Shown: positions 35,467 to 44,513 of the stretch, piece after piece
Layout: each line of letters begins with the position of its first letter
How positions within the stretch are numbered: the first letter of the stretch is position 1
Virus record (IMG/VR): IMGVR_UViG_3300025608_000722
Coordinates: 1-64,000 of that record
Source: a virus
Taxonomy: Duplodnaviria > Caudoviricetes
DNA length: 64,000 nucleotides
Direction: 5' to 3' (one strand)
The notes under the pieces: generated by a model
Told to the model about the DNA's origin: nothing
The model's database searches: none
Seen by the model: only the letters and a program-made list of their open reading frames with translations
Position numbers and translations under genes: made by a program

Positions 35467-36800
35467 TTTTTGCACTCCTTGTAAAAATCTTTTAATTCAG
35501 GAAATACAGTTAAAAAATCAGTACCTCGACGTTTATCAAACTGGGTGATAAATTCATAAAACATAAATCTACGTTCTTTAGCAAGACTACCAAATTCTTC
35601 TGGGTTTTTAAAACGTTTGTTTAGATCTTGTACAATTCTTTTTAAATCATTTGTTTCGTGCTCATCAAAATGTTCTTCCATAAACTCTACACAAGGAATT
35701 AAATATTTTTCAATCATGTCTTCAGTTGCGATCATTGCATCGAGAAACCCAGGATTTCTTACATACGGGATTGCAATTCTTACTCTATCTTTAAACCCAT
35801 TACGCAATCTTAACACAATTCCAAGAAACGGTCTGAATGTAGGAAAACTTAGGATATTAAATGCCGACATAAAACTTAGTTTTCCATTAGTATTTTTTAG
35901 ATAATACAATACATTGTCGTAGAATTGTTGCCAGTTTAGTCCTGTTCTACTGTACTCTGCTTGTGCTCCTTTGCTTTCTGCACTTACATGCAAAGTAAAT
36001 CCTTTGATACAATTGTTACGCTCAAGGTGTTGTATCTTTTTAATAAATTTATTCCATAACTTTCCTGGCGGACATGCATTTGTATTAATAGAAAATTCCA
36101 ACTGAGGCTGAGGATTGTCAATTAAATGTTGCAGAACTTTGTCAGTATGTTTACTTAAGAGGGGTTCGCCTCCTGTAATACGAAAAGTGTGCATATGTTT
36201 AACTGCTTCCGGAAACCATTTCCAAAAAGCATTAATATACGGATTTTCTTCTCTTTCAGGAATTTGCTTTTGATATTCATCTAGTTGATTATAAAACCAA
36301 TTAATTGTACTAAATTTATAGTGGCCGTGTTCTTTAATTTCTTCAGTCCATTTACTACTAAATGCCGGTCCACAATAACTACATTTAAAGTTACATACGT
36401 TAGAAAAACTTACTTCAACATATCTAGGATAAAAATCATCGTAAGCATTAGAATTTACAATTTTATGATAGTCCGGCCAACTCCAATAATTTCTACTTTT
36501 CCATATTCTATCACTGTAATGATCTGTGTTATCTTCAATACGCCAGCAATAGTCACACTCGCCGGGTCGCTCACCGTTTTTCATTTGCTGGCGGGTGTTC
36601 TTTTTAAACATTGTATTGTGTAGCAATTGCGGATTTTCTTCAACTTCGTTGATTGGAATCGTGTGTGCTTTTACGTGATGACAACTATGATTTAATCCTG
36701 ATCCTAAATGTATAGTAACCTGTGTCCATTTAGCCAAGCAGAATCCACATCCTACTTGGTTTAATTTTTCTTTAACTTTTTTAGGATCTGTTAATTCCAT
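35454..36800 (-). CDS. Radical SAM protein, type I
   Basis: 'FCLAKW...SCHH...CDYCW'; 'CNFKCSYC'; 'ITGGEP'. Confidence 0.9.
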   Translation of the reverse strand: MELTDPKKVKEKLNQVGCGFCLAKWTQVTIHLGSGLNHSCHHVKAHTIPINEVEENPQLLHNTMFKKNTRQQMKNGERPGECDYCWRIEDNTDHYSDRIWKSRNYWSWPDYHKIVNSNAYDDFYPRYVEVSFSNVCNFKCSYCGPAFSSKWTEEIKEHGHYKFSTINWFYNQLDEYQKQIPEREENPYINAFWKWFPEAVKHMHTFRITGGEPLLSKHTDKVLQHLIDNPQPQLEFSINTNACPPGKLWNKFIKKIQHLERNNCIKGFTLHVSAESKGAQAEYSRTGLNWQQFYDNVLYYLKNTNGKLSFMSAFNILSFPTFRPFLGIVLRLRNGFKDRVRIAIPYVRNPGFLDAMIATEDMIEKYLIPCVEFMEEHFDEHETNDLKRIVQDLNKRFKNPEEFGSLAKERRFMFYEFITQFDKRRGTDFLTVFPELKDFYKECKKCTT

Positions 36801-36801
36801 T

Positions 36802-37722
36802 TTATTCCTTGTCTATAATAAACTGCTGGGCACTGTTTCTACTAGGGTTTTGATAAACAGTTTTAAAGAAAGCACTTTGTTCTTGTGTAAATGGTTGAAT
36901 AGCAATTGGACATTCTAGTTCATTAATTAGACGGGCACCTAATATAAAAATTTCGTCATGTAGTACCTCTAGTGGTAAAGCATCTCGACCGCCCCAGAGA
37001 TCATTCAAATATTTAAAATCTCTTACATTTACATAATCCCAGTCATCTAACATTGTAGCAACTAGGCCTTCACGTGCTCCGTAAATTGCCCAATCACCAT
37101 TTTGAACGTCTGACCCAACCATTAGCCAGATCCACAGTCTATGTAAATTTTTCCAATGACCATTTAAGAAGTCTTCTTTAGTAGGTTTAATTCCTCGATC
37201 CAATGCCATCTTTACACCTTCACGATAGCCAGCACGCCATGCTTGCTGTGGCGTAGCATTATTATATACATCACTATAACAACTATTTTGTTGAATATAT
37301 TGTAAGTCCCAGCAAAAATCTACTTGAGCAGACTTATTATCTGGATCGGCATTTTCGTGTGTACGCATATTAAGAACGTATTCTTTTGGCCAACATTTTA
37401 AACCGCCATTACCGTACATAAGTCCATTGATAGCATTTTTTCCGCACCAACTAATAACACTATTTTCTAAATCAGTATGTTCATCAAAATCTAATACTTG
37501 ATTAATAAAGTCTGGACGAATTTTGTTGTCACCGTCAACTGTAATAAATCGATCAGTTTCACTTAATTCGGCGCATGCTTTGTGTGCGGCATCACTGCCT
37601 TCTACTCCGTGTACTCGTTTTGCCCACGGTGCCTTGGTGAGTAGATCAGCATAATTTTCTTCTGCATTTGGTTCGTCATATGATAGATATATAATGTCTT
37701 GCTCTGCAATCTTTAACTTCAT
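36802..37722 (-). CDS. GT-A fold glycosyltransferase-like protein (paralog of 34774-35466)
   Basis: 'DIIYLSYDEPNAE', 'GSDAAHKA', 'TVDGDN', 'WRAGYREGVK'. Confidence 0.65.
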   Translation of the reverse strand: MKLKIAEQDIIYLSYDEPNAEENYADLLTKAPWAKRVHGVEGSDAAHKACAELSETDRFITVDGDNKIRPDFINQVLDFDEHTDLENSVISWCGKNAINGLMYGNGGLKCWPKEYVLNMRTHENADPDNKSAQVDFCWDLQYIQQNSCYSDVYNNATPQQAWRAGYREGVKMALDRGIKPTKEDFLNGHWKNLHRLWIWLMVGSDVQNGDWAIYGAREGLVATMLDDWDYVNVRDFKYLNDLWGGRDALPLEVLHDEIFILGARLINELECPIAIQPFTQEQSAFFKTVYQNPSRNSAQQFIIDKE

Positions 37723-38240
37723 TTCTTTTCCTCGTACACGCATCTGGTTATTTTACTATCTGAATAAATGCTATATTCATCAGGTACATTTAACTCTACA
37801 TGCTGTGTGTCACTTAAATTAAACTTAATTGTCTTGTACAAAAAATGCGGATCATCTTTTTTTGTTACACTAAACAATATTTCTTCTTCTAGTTTAGAAT
37901 CTATAAGACTCTGATTTGTATTAATATAACATAAATTGTATTGCTTGTCAACTGTAAAAACTAGATCATGTAAATTATCATCGGATATATGTAGCAATTT
38001 ATTGAATACAAATTTATCATTTATAGATATATTCTTTTTTAACTTGTATGTCTTAGTCGTGATATCAAACAATACTCTGTAATCTTCCATCTTGTCTTCA
38101 TAGGATTGAATAGGTGCTATTTCTTTTTCAGTAACTTCGATGTATTCATACCCGTCCTCAATAGATGGTCCTACGCTGTACAGTTCGCCAGTCTCTTTAA
38201 CAAAGCACACATATTGTTTTCCATCCCAACTAGCGTACAT
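37719..38240 (-). CDS. Hypothetical protein
   Basis: Coupled ORF within the operon. Confidence 0.65.
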   Translation of the reverse strand: MYASWDGKQYVCFVKETGELYSVGPSIEDGYEYIEVTEKEIAPIQSYEDKMEDYRVLFDITTKTYKLKKNISINDKFVFNKLLHISDDNLHDLVFTVDKQYNLCYINTNQSLIDSKLEEEILFSVTKKDDPHFLYKTIKFNLSDTQHVELNVPDEYSIYSDSKITRCVYEEKK

Positions 38241-39030
38241 TGTACTTCTCCATAATTTGATTACAAAATTTATCTTCAGTATAATGAAATACGCCTAGCT
38301 GGCTATAATTTCCTATTTTTAAATTGCAGTCGTCGTCCATATAATACGGAATATCATCTAACCAATTATCGTTTGGTGCTGTCCAGTCTTGTACTTTTGA
38401 CTTCATATGAACAAATGAAAGTAAATTACAGGAATATTTTTCTAAATCAGTGTTTAACACTGCTATTGCATGATTGATATCCATACTACTTAATCTAGGT
38501 TTTAATTTTTTTAAATAGATATCATAAAATTCTTCGTGGTTTTTACAAATTAATTCCAACTGTTTATAATACTGTAAACCAATATCATTCTTTTTAAAAT
38601 AGTGAAATGCACAATAGATGTTTGGTAAATTATTTTTTGCAAAAGCCTGTCTATAGTAACTATCTTTAACTGTAGTACCTTTATATGTTTGAACGTTTGT
38701 AGTAAAGCATACGTCATATTTTTCTAAATATATCCAAACGTAATCTATGTTAGATAAAAATATCATATCAGTATCTAAAACAATAGTTTCTGTATAAGGT
38801 GTTACATGAAAAATTTTCCAACGGTCCTCAGTACGATAAAAATCAGTACCAGTTTGCCAAGGTATTTCAATTACATTATCAAAGACACTGTGATATTCGT
38901 CAGGAAGCTCGTCGTTAGTAATAATAGAAACACTATTAATTTCTTGCGTTTTCTTAATACTTAACGCACAAAGATATGCCTGTTTTACATACTCTTTGCC
39001 CGATGCCATCATTACATATCCTTTAGACAT
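38230..39030 (-). CDS. GT8-like glycosyltransferase / nucleotide-diphospho-sugar transferase
   Basis: 'YVKQAYLCALSI', 'TPYTETIVLDTDMIF' (DxD), 'FVHMK'. Confidence 0.7.
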   Translation of the reverse strand: MSKGYVMMASGKEYVKQAYLCALSIKKTQEINSVSIITNDELPDEYHSVFDNVIEIPWQTGTDFYRTEDRWKIFHVTPYTETIVLDTDMIFLSNIDYVWIYLEKYDVCFTTNVQTYKGTTVKDSYYRQAFAKNNLPNIYCAFHYFKKNDIGLQYYKQLELICKNHEEFYDIYLKKLKPRLSSMDINHAIAVLNTDLEKYSCNLLSFVHMKSKVQDWTAPNDNWLDDIPYYMDDDCNLKIGNYSQLGVFHYTEDKFCNQIMEKYNVR

Positions 39031-39853
39031 TTATCAACCTATCTAAGCTAAATTTATTCATTACATGTACATTCATGTTATTTGTTGAGGCTAGTGTATA
39101 TTCGCCATGAATGTTTTCTTTTTCAAGAAGGAACGTTAATTGTTCATTTTGCATTTTACTTAATATATCTCTATCTAAAGAATAATATAATTTTCCAGGC
39201 AACGTCTTAGCCCAGTCTAAATCTTTAAATCCATTCATTATATGTATTGCAATGCTAAACGCATGATCATTCCTAAAGTTTCGAGATCCTAGATCATACA
39301 CATATTGATAATGTTCCCAGTTGTCTACAACATAATTTAATATTGTAAAAAATGTTTTAACTTCTGGAGTATTTTTAAAATAAAATATTGAAGCCCAGTA
39401 GAACGGAATTCCTTTGTCGTTAATATAATCAAATTCTTTATGTTTACGCCAAGGTGCTAAGTCAGTACATTCTTTATAAATTTGAAATTCATGAGAGGTA
39501 TCAAAAGCATACTTTAGTGTATTATTACAAATAATAATATCTGTATCTAAAACTAGTGTTTCCTCATAAGGTGTTAGCTCATAACTATTAGATCTGCCGA
39601 AATTTTTAAAATGAAGAGTTTTATGACTTTCTTGGCCGTTTCGATAACGTTTAAAGTTATTATCTAAGTCATTAATAGTAATAACATTATCAAACACTTT
39701 TCTATAATTACTATTAATAGCATCTGGTGTCGAAGTTACAACAGTAGTGGGCAAGTCTAAATGCTTGCTAATCTGATTAGCAAGTAAAACTGCTTGCTTT
39801 ACATAATTGATTTCACCATTATTATTTGCAAAGCATAATACCCCTTTACTCAT
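39023..39853 (-). CDS. GT8-like glycosyltransferase (paralog of 38230-39030)
   Basis: 'YVKQA', 'TPYEETLVLDTDII', 'RNDHAFSIA', 'HVMNK'. Confidence 0.7.
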   Translation of the reverse strand: MSKGVLCFANNNGEINYVKQAVLLANQISKHLDLPTTVVTSTPDAINSNYRKVFDNVITINDLDNNFKRYRNGQESHKTLHFKNFGRSNSYELTPYEETLVLDTDIIICNNTLKYAFDTSHEFQIYKECTDLAPWRKHKEFDYINDKGIPFYWASIFYFKNTPEVKTFFTILNYVVDNWEHYQYVYDLGSRNFRNDHAFSIAIHIMNGFKDLDWAKTLPGKLYYSLDRDILSKMQNEQLTFLLEKENIHGEYTLASTNNMNVHVMNKFSLDRLINV

Positions 39854-40193
39854 TAACTAAGCCTTCAACGTTTCTTTTAGTTGTAAGGGCTTTGTATTCA
39901 GAATAGTATCTATTAGATGCTGTAATGTATTGTTGCTTTACTAAACTGACAAACTGTGCTAGATCTTCAACTAATATCGGTGTATTGTTATCATCCGTAA
40001 TTACTGTTTTCTTAACATCAAGCATTACTAAATTAGAAACAAAAGAAAAGAACTCTTTAGAAACAGTAAATCTTCCGCCTAAATGATATAACACTAAGTC
40101 TTCTTGATATTTTTGTTGCAATAATCGCTTTTGTGTGCTAAGTGTAGCAGAAAAATTAGCGAACTCTAGTGCTTTCTCTAGATCTTTATCCAT
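39846..40193 (-). CDS. Hypothetical protein
   Basis: SD AGGAG; coupled to the downstream GT gene. Confidence 0.7.
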   Translation of the reverse strand: MDKDLEKALEFANFSATLSTQKRLLQQKYQEDLVLYHLGGRFTVSKEFFSFVSNLVMLDVKKTVITDDNNTPILVEDLAQFVSLVKQQYITASNRYYSEYKALTTKRNVEGLVNE

Positions 40194-40225
40194 AGTTATA
40201 CTCCTAGTTAAGTATAAACTATTTA
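40194..40225 (-). promoter_or_regulatory. Late-type TAAATA motif with an SD-masking hairpin heading the GT/radical SAM operon
   Basis: Minus strand reads TTAAATA-gtTTATACT-taactagg-AGTATAA-ct-ATG. Confidence 0.5.
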
Positions 40226-40228
40226 ATC

Positions 40229-41143
40229 TTATAGAGCGTTGGTTGTGTTGAAAGTTGGCGCTGGAATATTAACGCTACTTGCGTTGTTTGGCCTTCTTTG
40301 CTGGATTGTGCTTGTTGTTGTAGCTGTTACTGCTTCGTCAAAGTTTGGATTAGGACCTTTATCTTCGTTAAATGTAACACGGAATGTTAAAACTGCTCCA
40401 TTTTTTTGTGCTTCGATTAAGTAATCGTTAGCACCGTAAGCACTTGCTGTCTTATTAAAAACTGTTGTATACGTAGAAGGAAGGTTTGAATAACCGTAGT
40501 TTGTACCTGTTGACCCATTACTTGTAGTACTTCTGCCAAAAATCACAGTTCCAACACTAGTCATCAAATTTCTCCAGTCGTTATTGATAGGAGTATTACC
40601 TGAACCAATAGTACCACTTAGATTGATTGTTCCGCCTGCATTAAAAAATACACGCATATGTTCTGCACCGCTAATAGTAGTAGTTGACCCGTCACCGTTT
40701 GTAACTGCATATCCCGGAAATGTTACTGTAAAAATATGGTTAATATCAGTTGACCAACTAGCAGTTCTTGAACTAGATGTGCCTGCTTGTAATCCTGTTT
40801 GATTTGCATTAACATTGAGTCTTGCACCTTGACATGTAATACTTAAAGATTCATATTGTGCATATCCTTCTTTTGAAGTAGTGTTGCTATCTTCAACAGT
40901 ATCTCCTACTGATGGTTGTGCAATTTCTGTAGGTATTGAGCCAGTTTGGTGAAGTCTAATTTTATACATGTCATTATAAAGTTTGACCATGTCTGCCGCA
41001 GTAATTGTTGCGCCAGAAGAAATTGTGGAACTTTCAATTGCTTGTCCGTATCCTTCGTCACCTGAACCGAGCCCTAAGACTGCGGCAATTCTTGCTCGAA
41101 TAATGTTGTACCTTGCCGCGGTAATTGTATCGCCTACTGCCAT
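40229..41143 (-). CDS. Virion structural protein (S/T/G-rich, beta-rich)
   Basis: Composition and position in the structural cassette. Confidence 0.6.
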   Translation of the reverse strand: MAVGDTITAARYNIIRARIAAVLGLGSGDEGYGQAIESSTISSGATITAADMVKLYNDMYKIRLHQTGSIPTEIAQPSVGDTVEDSNTTSKEGYAQYESLSITCQGARLNVNANQTGLQAGTSSSRTASWSTDINHIFTVTFPGYAVTNGDGSTTTISGAEHMRVFFNAGGTINLSGTIGSGNTPINNDWRNLMTSVGTVIFGRSTTSNGSTGTNYGYSNLPSTYTTVFNKTASAYGANDYLIEAQKNGAVLTFRVTFNEDKGPNPNFDEAVTATTTSTIQQRRPNNASSVNIPAPTFNTTNAL

Positions 41144-41164
41144 AATATGTTTCCTCTTCTATAC

Positions 41165-42643
41165 TTATACTTTAAGTACGCACTCAACTAATTTTTCTGA
41201 CTCTTCAGTGTTTGATTCTAATGCAATACCAACTAAGCTACCGCCATTGATTATTGTATTTGCTGTACCATTATCTCCAACATATACTGGTTGTCCTTTT
41301 TTAACTGGACCAACTACACGAACCGGAACGCGACCTTTCAAACCAATGTATTGACCTTCTGCATCACTGTTCATCATAAGAGCAGGAGCTGTTGATACAA
41401 CACCGATTGCAATGTCACCTACTTTAGTAGGTTCTACTTCGTGATCTTCGTGATCACAAACTGTTACTACTGTACCAAATGGTAATTCTTCACCTGTTGA
41501 ATACTTTTCTGCCAAGTCAGCATATCTAGCACTAGTAGAAATACCATTAAACACATTAGCAGATAAGTTGCCTGAACTGTCTCTAACTGCTACAGTATTA
41601 TTTGTTGCATTTACATCGCCAGTTCTATAGTTTGCTCCAACTTGTAAGTTAATTGCATTTGTAGCAAGACCGTTAAACGTAGTTGCATACATGTTTCTGA
41701 ATTTAAAGTTTGAACTACCAACATCATATGTTGTTGTAGTAGTTGGAATTAGTCCAACAGCCGAAACATGGAACGGTTCTGTTGTTACACCACCAACCGA
41801 TTTTACTTTAAATCTAATTTTTTGTCCGGTTGTGTTTTCAATAACACCTTCGTCACCGGTATTTGCTTGATCAATATATACTGCTAAGTCGTTTGCCGCG
41901 CCTACAGTGTATCCAACATCACCAAATCTAACAACACTAGTGAAGTTTGCGTTACCTGAAAGTGCATAAGCCGATGCTGGTTGGCCATTTAAGCGGTCCG
42001 CATCAGTTGCAGTTCCCCAAAATCTATGACTGCTTGATGTAACACCAGTTGATCCAGTGTTTCTTAAAGTAACACCTTGTCTAATTACATCAAAACCTGT
42101 AATTACATTTGAAGGATCTGTTTGATCAATAGTAAATTCAGCATTACTGATAATAAATTGTACACCGTCTTCAACTGTACCTTTAATAATAGTTCTATTT
42201 GTTAGGGTAGTATCTCTTACTTGAGCAGTAACCATTGCTGTTACTGTATCGCCGATGGATTGTGGACCAATTAGGACAAATCCGCCATCGCTGTTCTGTG
42301 CATATAGTTGGTTATTTGATGTATCCCACCAAAAATCACCAGTAGTTAATCCAACTGGTTGTGTGCTTGATACTTCTGCTCCACCAGTTGTTCTAAATTT
42401 TGTGCCGTCGTAAAACTTGAGCTTCTTTAAACTACTATCAAACCAAATCTGACCGCTTAATGGGTTAGCAGGTGAATTGCCGCTAGAGAAGTTTTCAAGT
42501 AAATGTACAAAGTTTTCGTTTTGAATTTCACCATAACCGGCATAGTTTTTACCTACAAGTTTAATTGTAGTACTTTGGTCAATGGTTCCATCCTCAACAG
42601 TGGCTAACTGTTGTCCATTTGTTAAATTAATTATATATGCCAT
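41165..42643 (-). CDS. Tail fibre-like protein with a C-terminal intramolecular chaperone (peptidase G2-like)
   Basis: Shared 'ENF..LLENF' N-domain; 'SARYADLAEKY...GLKGRVPVRV.GPVKKG'. Confidence 0.7.
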   Translation of the reverse strand: MAYIINLTNGQQLATVEDGTIDQSTTIKLVGKNYAGYGEIQNENFVHLLENFSSGNSPANPLSGQIWFDSSLKKLKFYDGTKFRTTGGAEVSSTQPVGLTTGDFWWDTSNNQLYAQNSDGGFVLIGPQSIGDTVTAMVTAQVRDTTLTNRTIIKGTVEDGVQFIISNAEFTIDQTDPSNVITGFDVIRQGVTLRNTGSTGVTSSSHRFWGTATDADRLNGQPASAYALSGNANFTSVVRFGDVGYTVGAANDLAVYIDQANTGDEGVIENTTGQKIRFKVKSVGGVTTEPFHVSAVGLIPTTTTTYDVGSSNFKFRNMYATTFNGLATNAINLQVGANYRTGDVNATNNTVAVRDSSGNLSANVFNGISTSARYADLAEKYSTGEELPFGTVVTVCDHEDHEVEPTKVGDIAIGVVSTAPALMMNSDAEGQYIGLKGRVPVRVVGPVKKGQPVYVGDNGTANTIINGGSLVGIALESNTEESEKLVECVLKV

Positions 42644-42671
42644 TTACTAATACCCCTAATTGTGTTATATG

Positions 42672-42679
42672 TATTTATA
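42672..42679 (-). promoter_or_regulatory. Exact T4 late promoter consensus TATAAATA
   Basis: Overlaps the upstream stop, ~30 nt before the ATG at 42643. Confidence 0.6.
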
Positions 42680-44510
42680 CTAAAACGCCCGGAGTTAGGT
42701 CTTGCACATATGTCCATACTCCTCCTACTACTCTATACAGTTTTAACGAACGCTGTACAGTTGAACTAATCGAACCAGTAGCATCGTTAAACGTTGCACT
42801 GTTGATTACACTTACCGATCCGTTATCATTTCCGCCAATATCTAGTGCTTGTACAATAGTTGTTGATTCATTAAACGCTGTATCTAGCGCAGAACCGGTC
42901 AATGTAGCTGTAGCACCTGTTGTGGTTGTGCAGTGTATTCTTGCTTCCGTATTGTTTTGTTTATTTGCTGCCGGTGCAATATCATTTAAGATAATACCAA
43001 CATTAGTATTAAGTTGTGCGCCTGATCCTAATCCAGTAATATCAAGTGTTAACGGAATTACTTCTAAATTAATCTGGCTATCAACATAATTTTTTGTAGC
43101 AACGTCTTGTGGTGCAACTGGTTCTGCTACATTTCTAATTTTTCTACTAGTAACAAGATTTAAATCGCCAGCAAGTGTTATATTTAAACCATTACCGCTA
43201 CCGTCAACTGCATTAGTAACAACAGAAATGCCGCCTGGGAAACTAATATTTCCGATTGCAGCCGAAGTTAGTGTACCTAACTGTGTAATACCACTTGCAT
43301 TAGAGCCAGTAATAATATCAACACCATTAAATTTAAGTGATCCTGCGCCTGTAATATCAATACTTGTATTTGATGTCCATGCATTAGTTGCATTGCGCCA
43401 TAAAAATTCTTTATTACCATTTAATGATTTAACAATAATACCAGCTTGATCAACTTGTGCATCTGTTAGTAGTGTACTATCACCTGCATCGGCAAGTGTA
43501 ATACTTTTATCTTTAACAACAAGTTCTTCAGTTCCAATAGTAACTGTATCGCCATCTACTATAAGACTTCCGGATACTCTCATGTCGCCGCCAACATCTA
43601 ATGTATATGCCGGTGCATCATTGTAGATACCAACACGACTAGTTTGTGATTTAACGCTTATTGCATTTTGAATACCTGCACTATTACGCATTTGAATAGT
43701 ATAGTTTTGATTCGAAATTTCATTTAGTGCAACTACACCTTGGCTAGTTACTTTTAAAACATGGTTTTCTGATAATCCAACAGTAAGTCCGCCGTTATTT
43801 CTAACAATTAATGATCCAGTAGTTGTATCATCACTATCACTTGCTAAGAACTGACCTGCTCCGCGTTCTACTCCTGCATCATCAACTAGTCTTCTAGTAT
43901 TGTTTGCTGTGCCAGCAAAAACAAAATCACTATCAACTACGTTAAATCCTTTAACTACGTTTCCGCTAAACCCAGGAATTGTATCTACGTTTTGCGGAGT
44001 GAATCCAATTTTACTCCATAGTCCAACTAGTGAGCCGCCAACCCAATACTTAACAATAGTTCTACTTGTACCTGTGTTATCAAGTACAGTAATAACCTGT
44101 GGACCCGAACGTCCTTGGAAAGCGTTATAAATCGGTCCTGCTAATTCTAAATCAGTACCGTCAAAAAAGTAGAGTTGGTTAGAATCGTTGTTAATCCAAA
44201 GATCACCTGCAACCATTACTGGCTGGGTAGGTTGTACAATCGGGCCGCCGCCTGTTGTCCAAGCAGTTCCTGTGTAAACTTTTAATCTTGAAACAGATGA
44301 ATCCCACCATATTTGCCCTGATAGCGGATTAACAGGTGCCGATGAACCTGAAAAGTTTTCTAATAGTCTTACAAAGTTTTCATTAAACGCTTCACCAAAT
44401 CCTGAATAGCCTTTTCCTACTAATGTAATATCAGTAGTCGAAGCGTCAATTTGACCGTCTGCAAGATTAACTAATAATGCTCCGTTTGTTTTATTAATTT
44501 GATATGCCAT
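42675..44510 (-). CDS. Tail fibre/baseplate-attached structural protein
   Basis: Shared 'MAY.IN...ENF..LLENF...P..GQIW.D' N-domain; beta-rich. Confidence 0.7.
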   Translation of the reverse strand: MAYQINKTNGALLVNLADGQIDASTTDITLVGKGYSGFGEAFNENFVRLLENFSGSSAPVNPLSGQIWWDSSVSRLKVYTGTAWTTGGGPIVQPTQPVMVAGDLWINNDSNQLYFFDGTDLELAGPIYNAFQGRSGPQVITVLDNTGTSRTIVKYWVGGSLVGLWSKIGFTPQNVDTIPGFSGNVVKGFNVVDSDFVFAGTANNTRRLVDDAGVERGAGQFLASDSDDTTTGSLIVRNNGGLTVGLSENHVLKVTSQGVVALNEISNQNYTIQMRNSAGIQNAISVKSQTSRVGIYNDAPAYTLDVGGDMRVSGSLIVDGDTVTIGTEELVVKDKSITLADAGDSTLLTDAQVDQAGIIVKSLNGNKEFLWRNATNAWTSNTSIDITGAGSLKFNGVDIITGSNASGITQLGTLTSAAIGNISFPGGISVVTNAVDGSGNGLNITLAGDLNLVTSRKIRNVAEPVAPQDVATKNYVDSQINLEVIPLTLDITGLGSGAQLNTNVGIILNDIAPAANKQNNTEARIHCTTTTGATATLTGSALDTAFNESTTIVQALDIGGNDNGSVSVINSATFNDATGSISSTVQRSLKLYRVVGGVWTYVQDLTPGVLV

Positions 44511-44513
44511 TTA

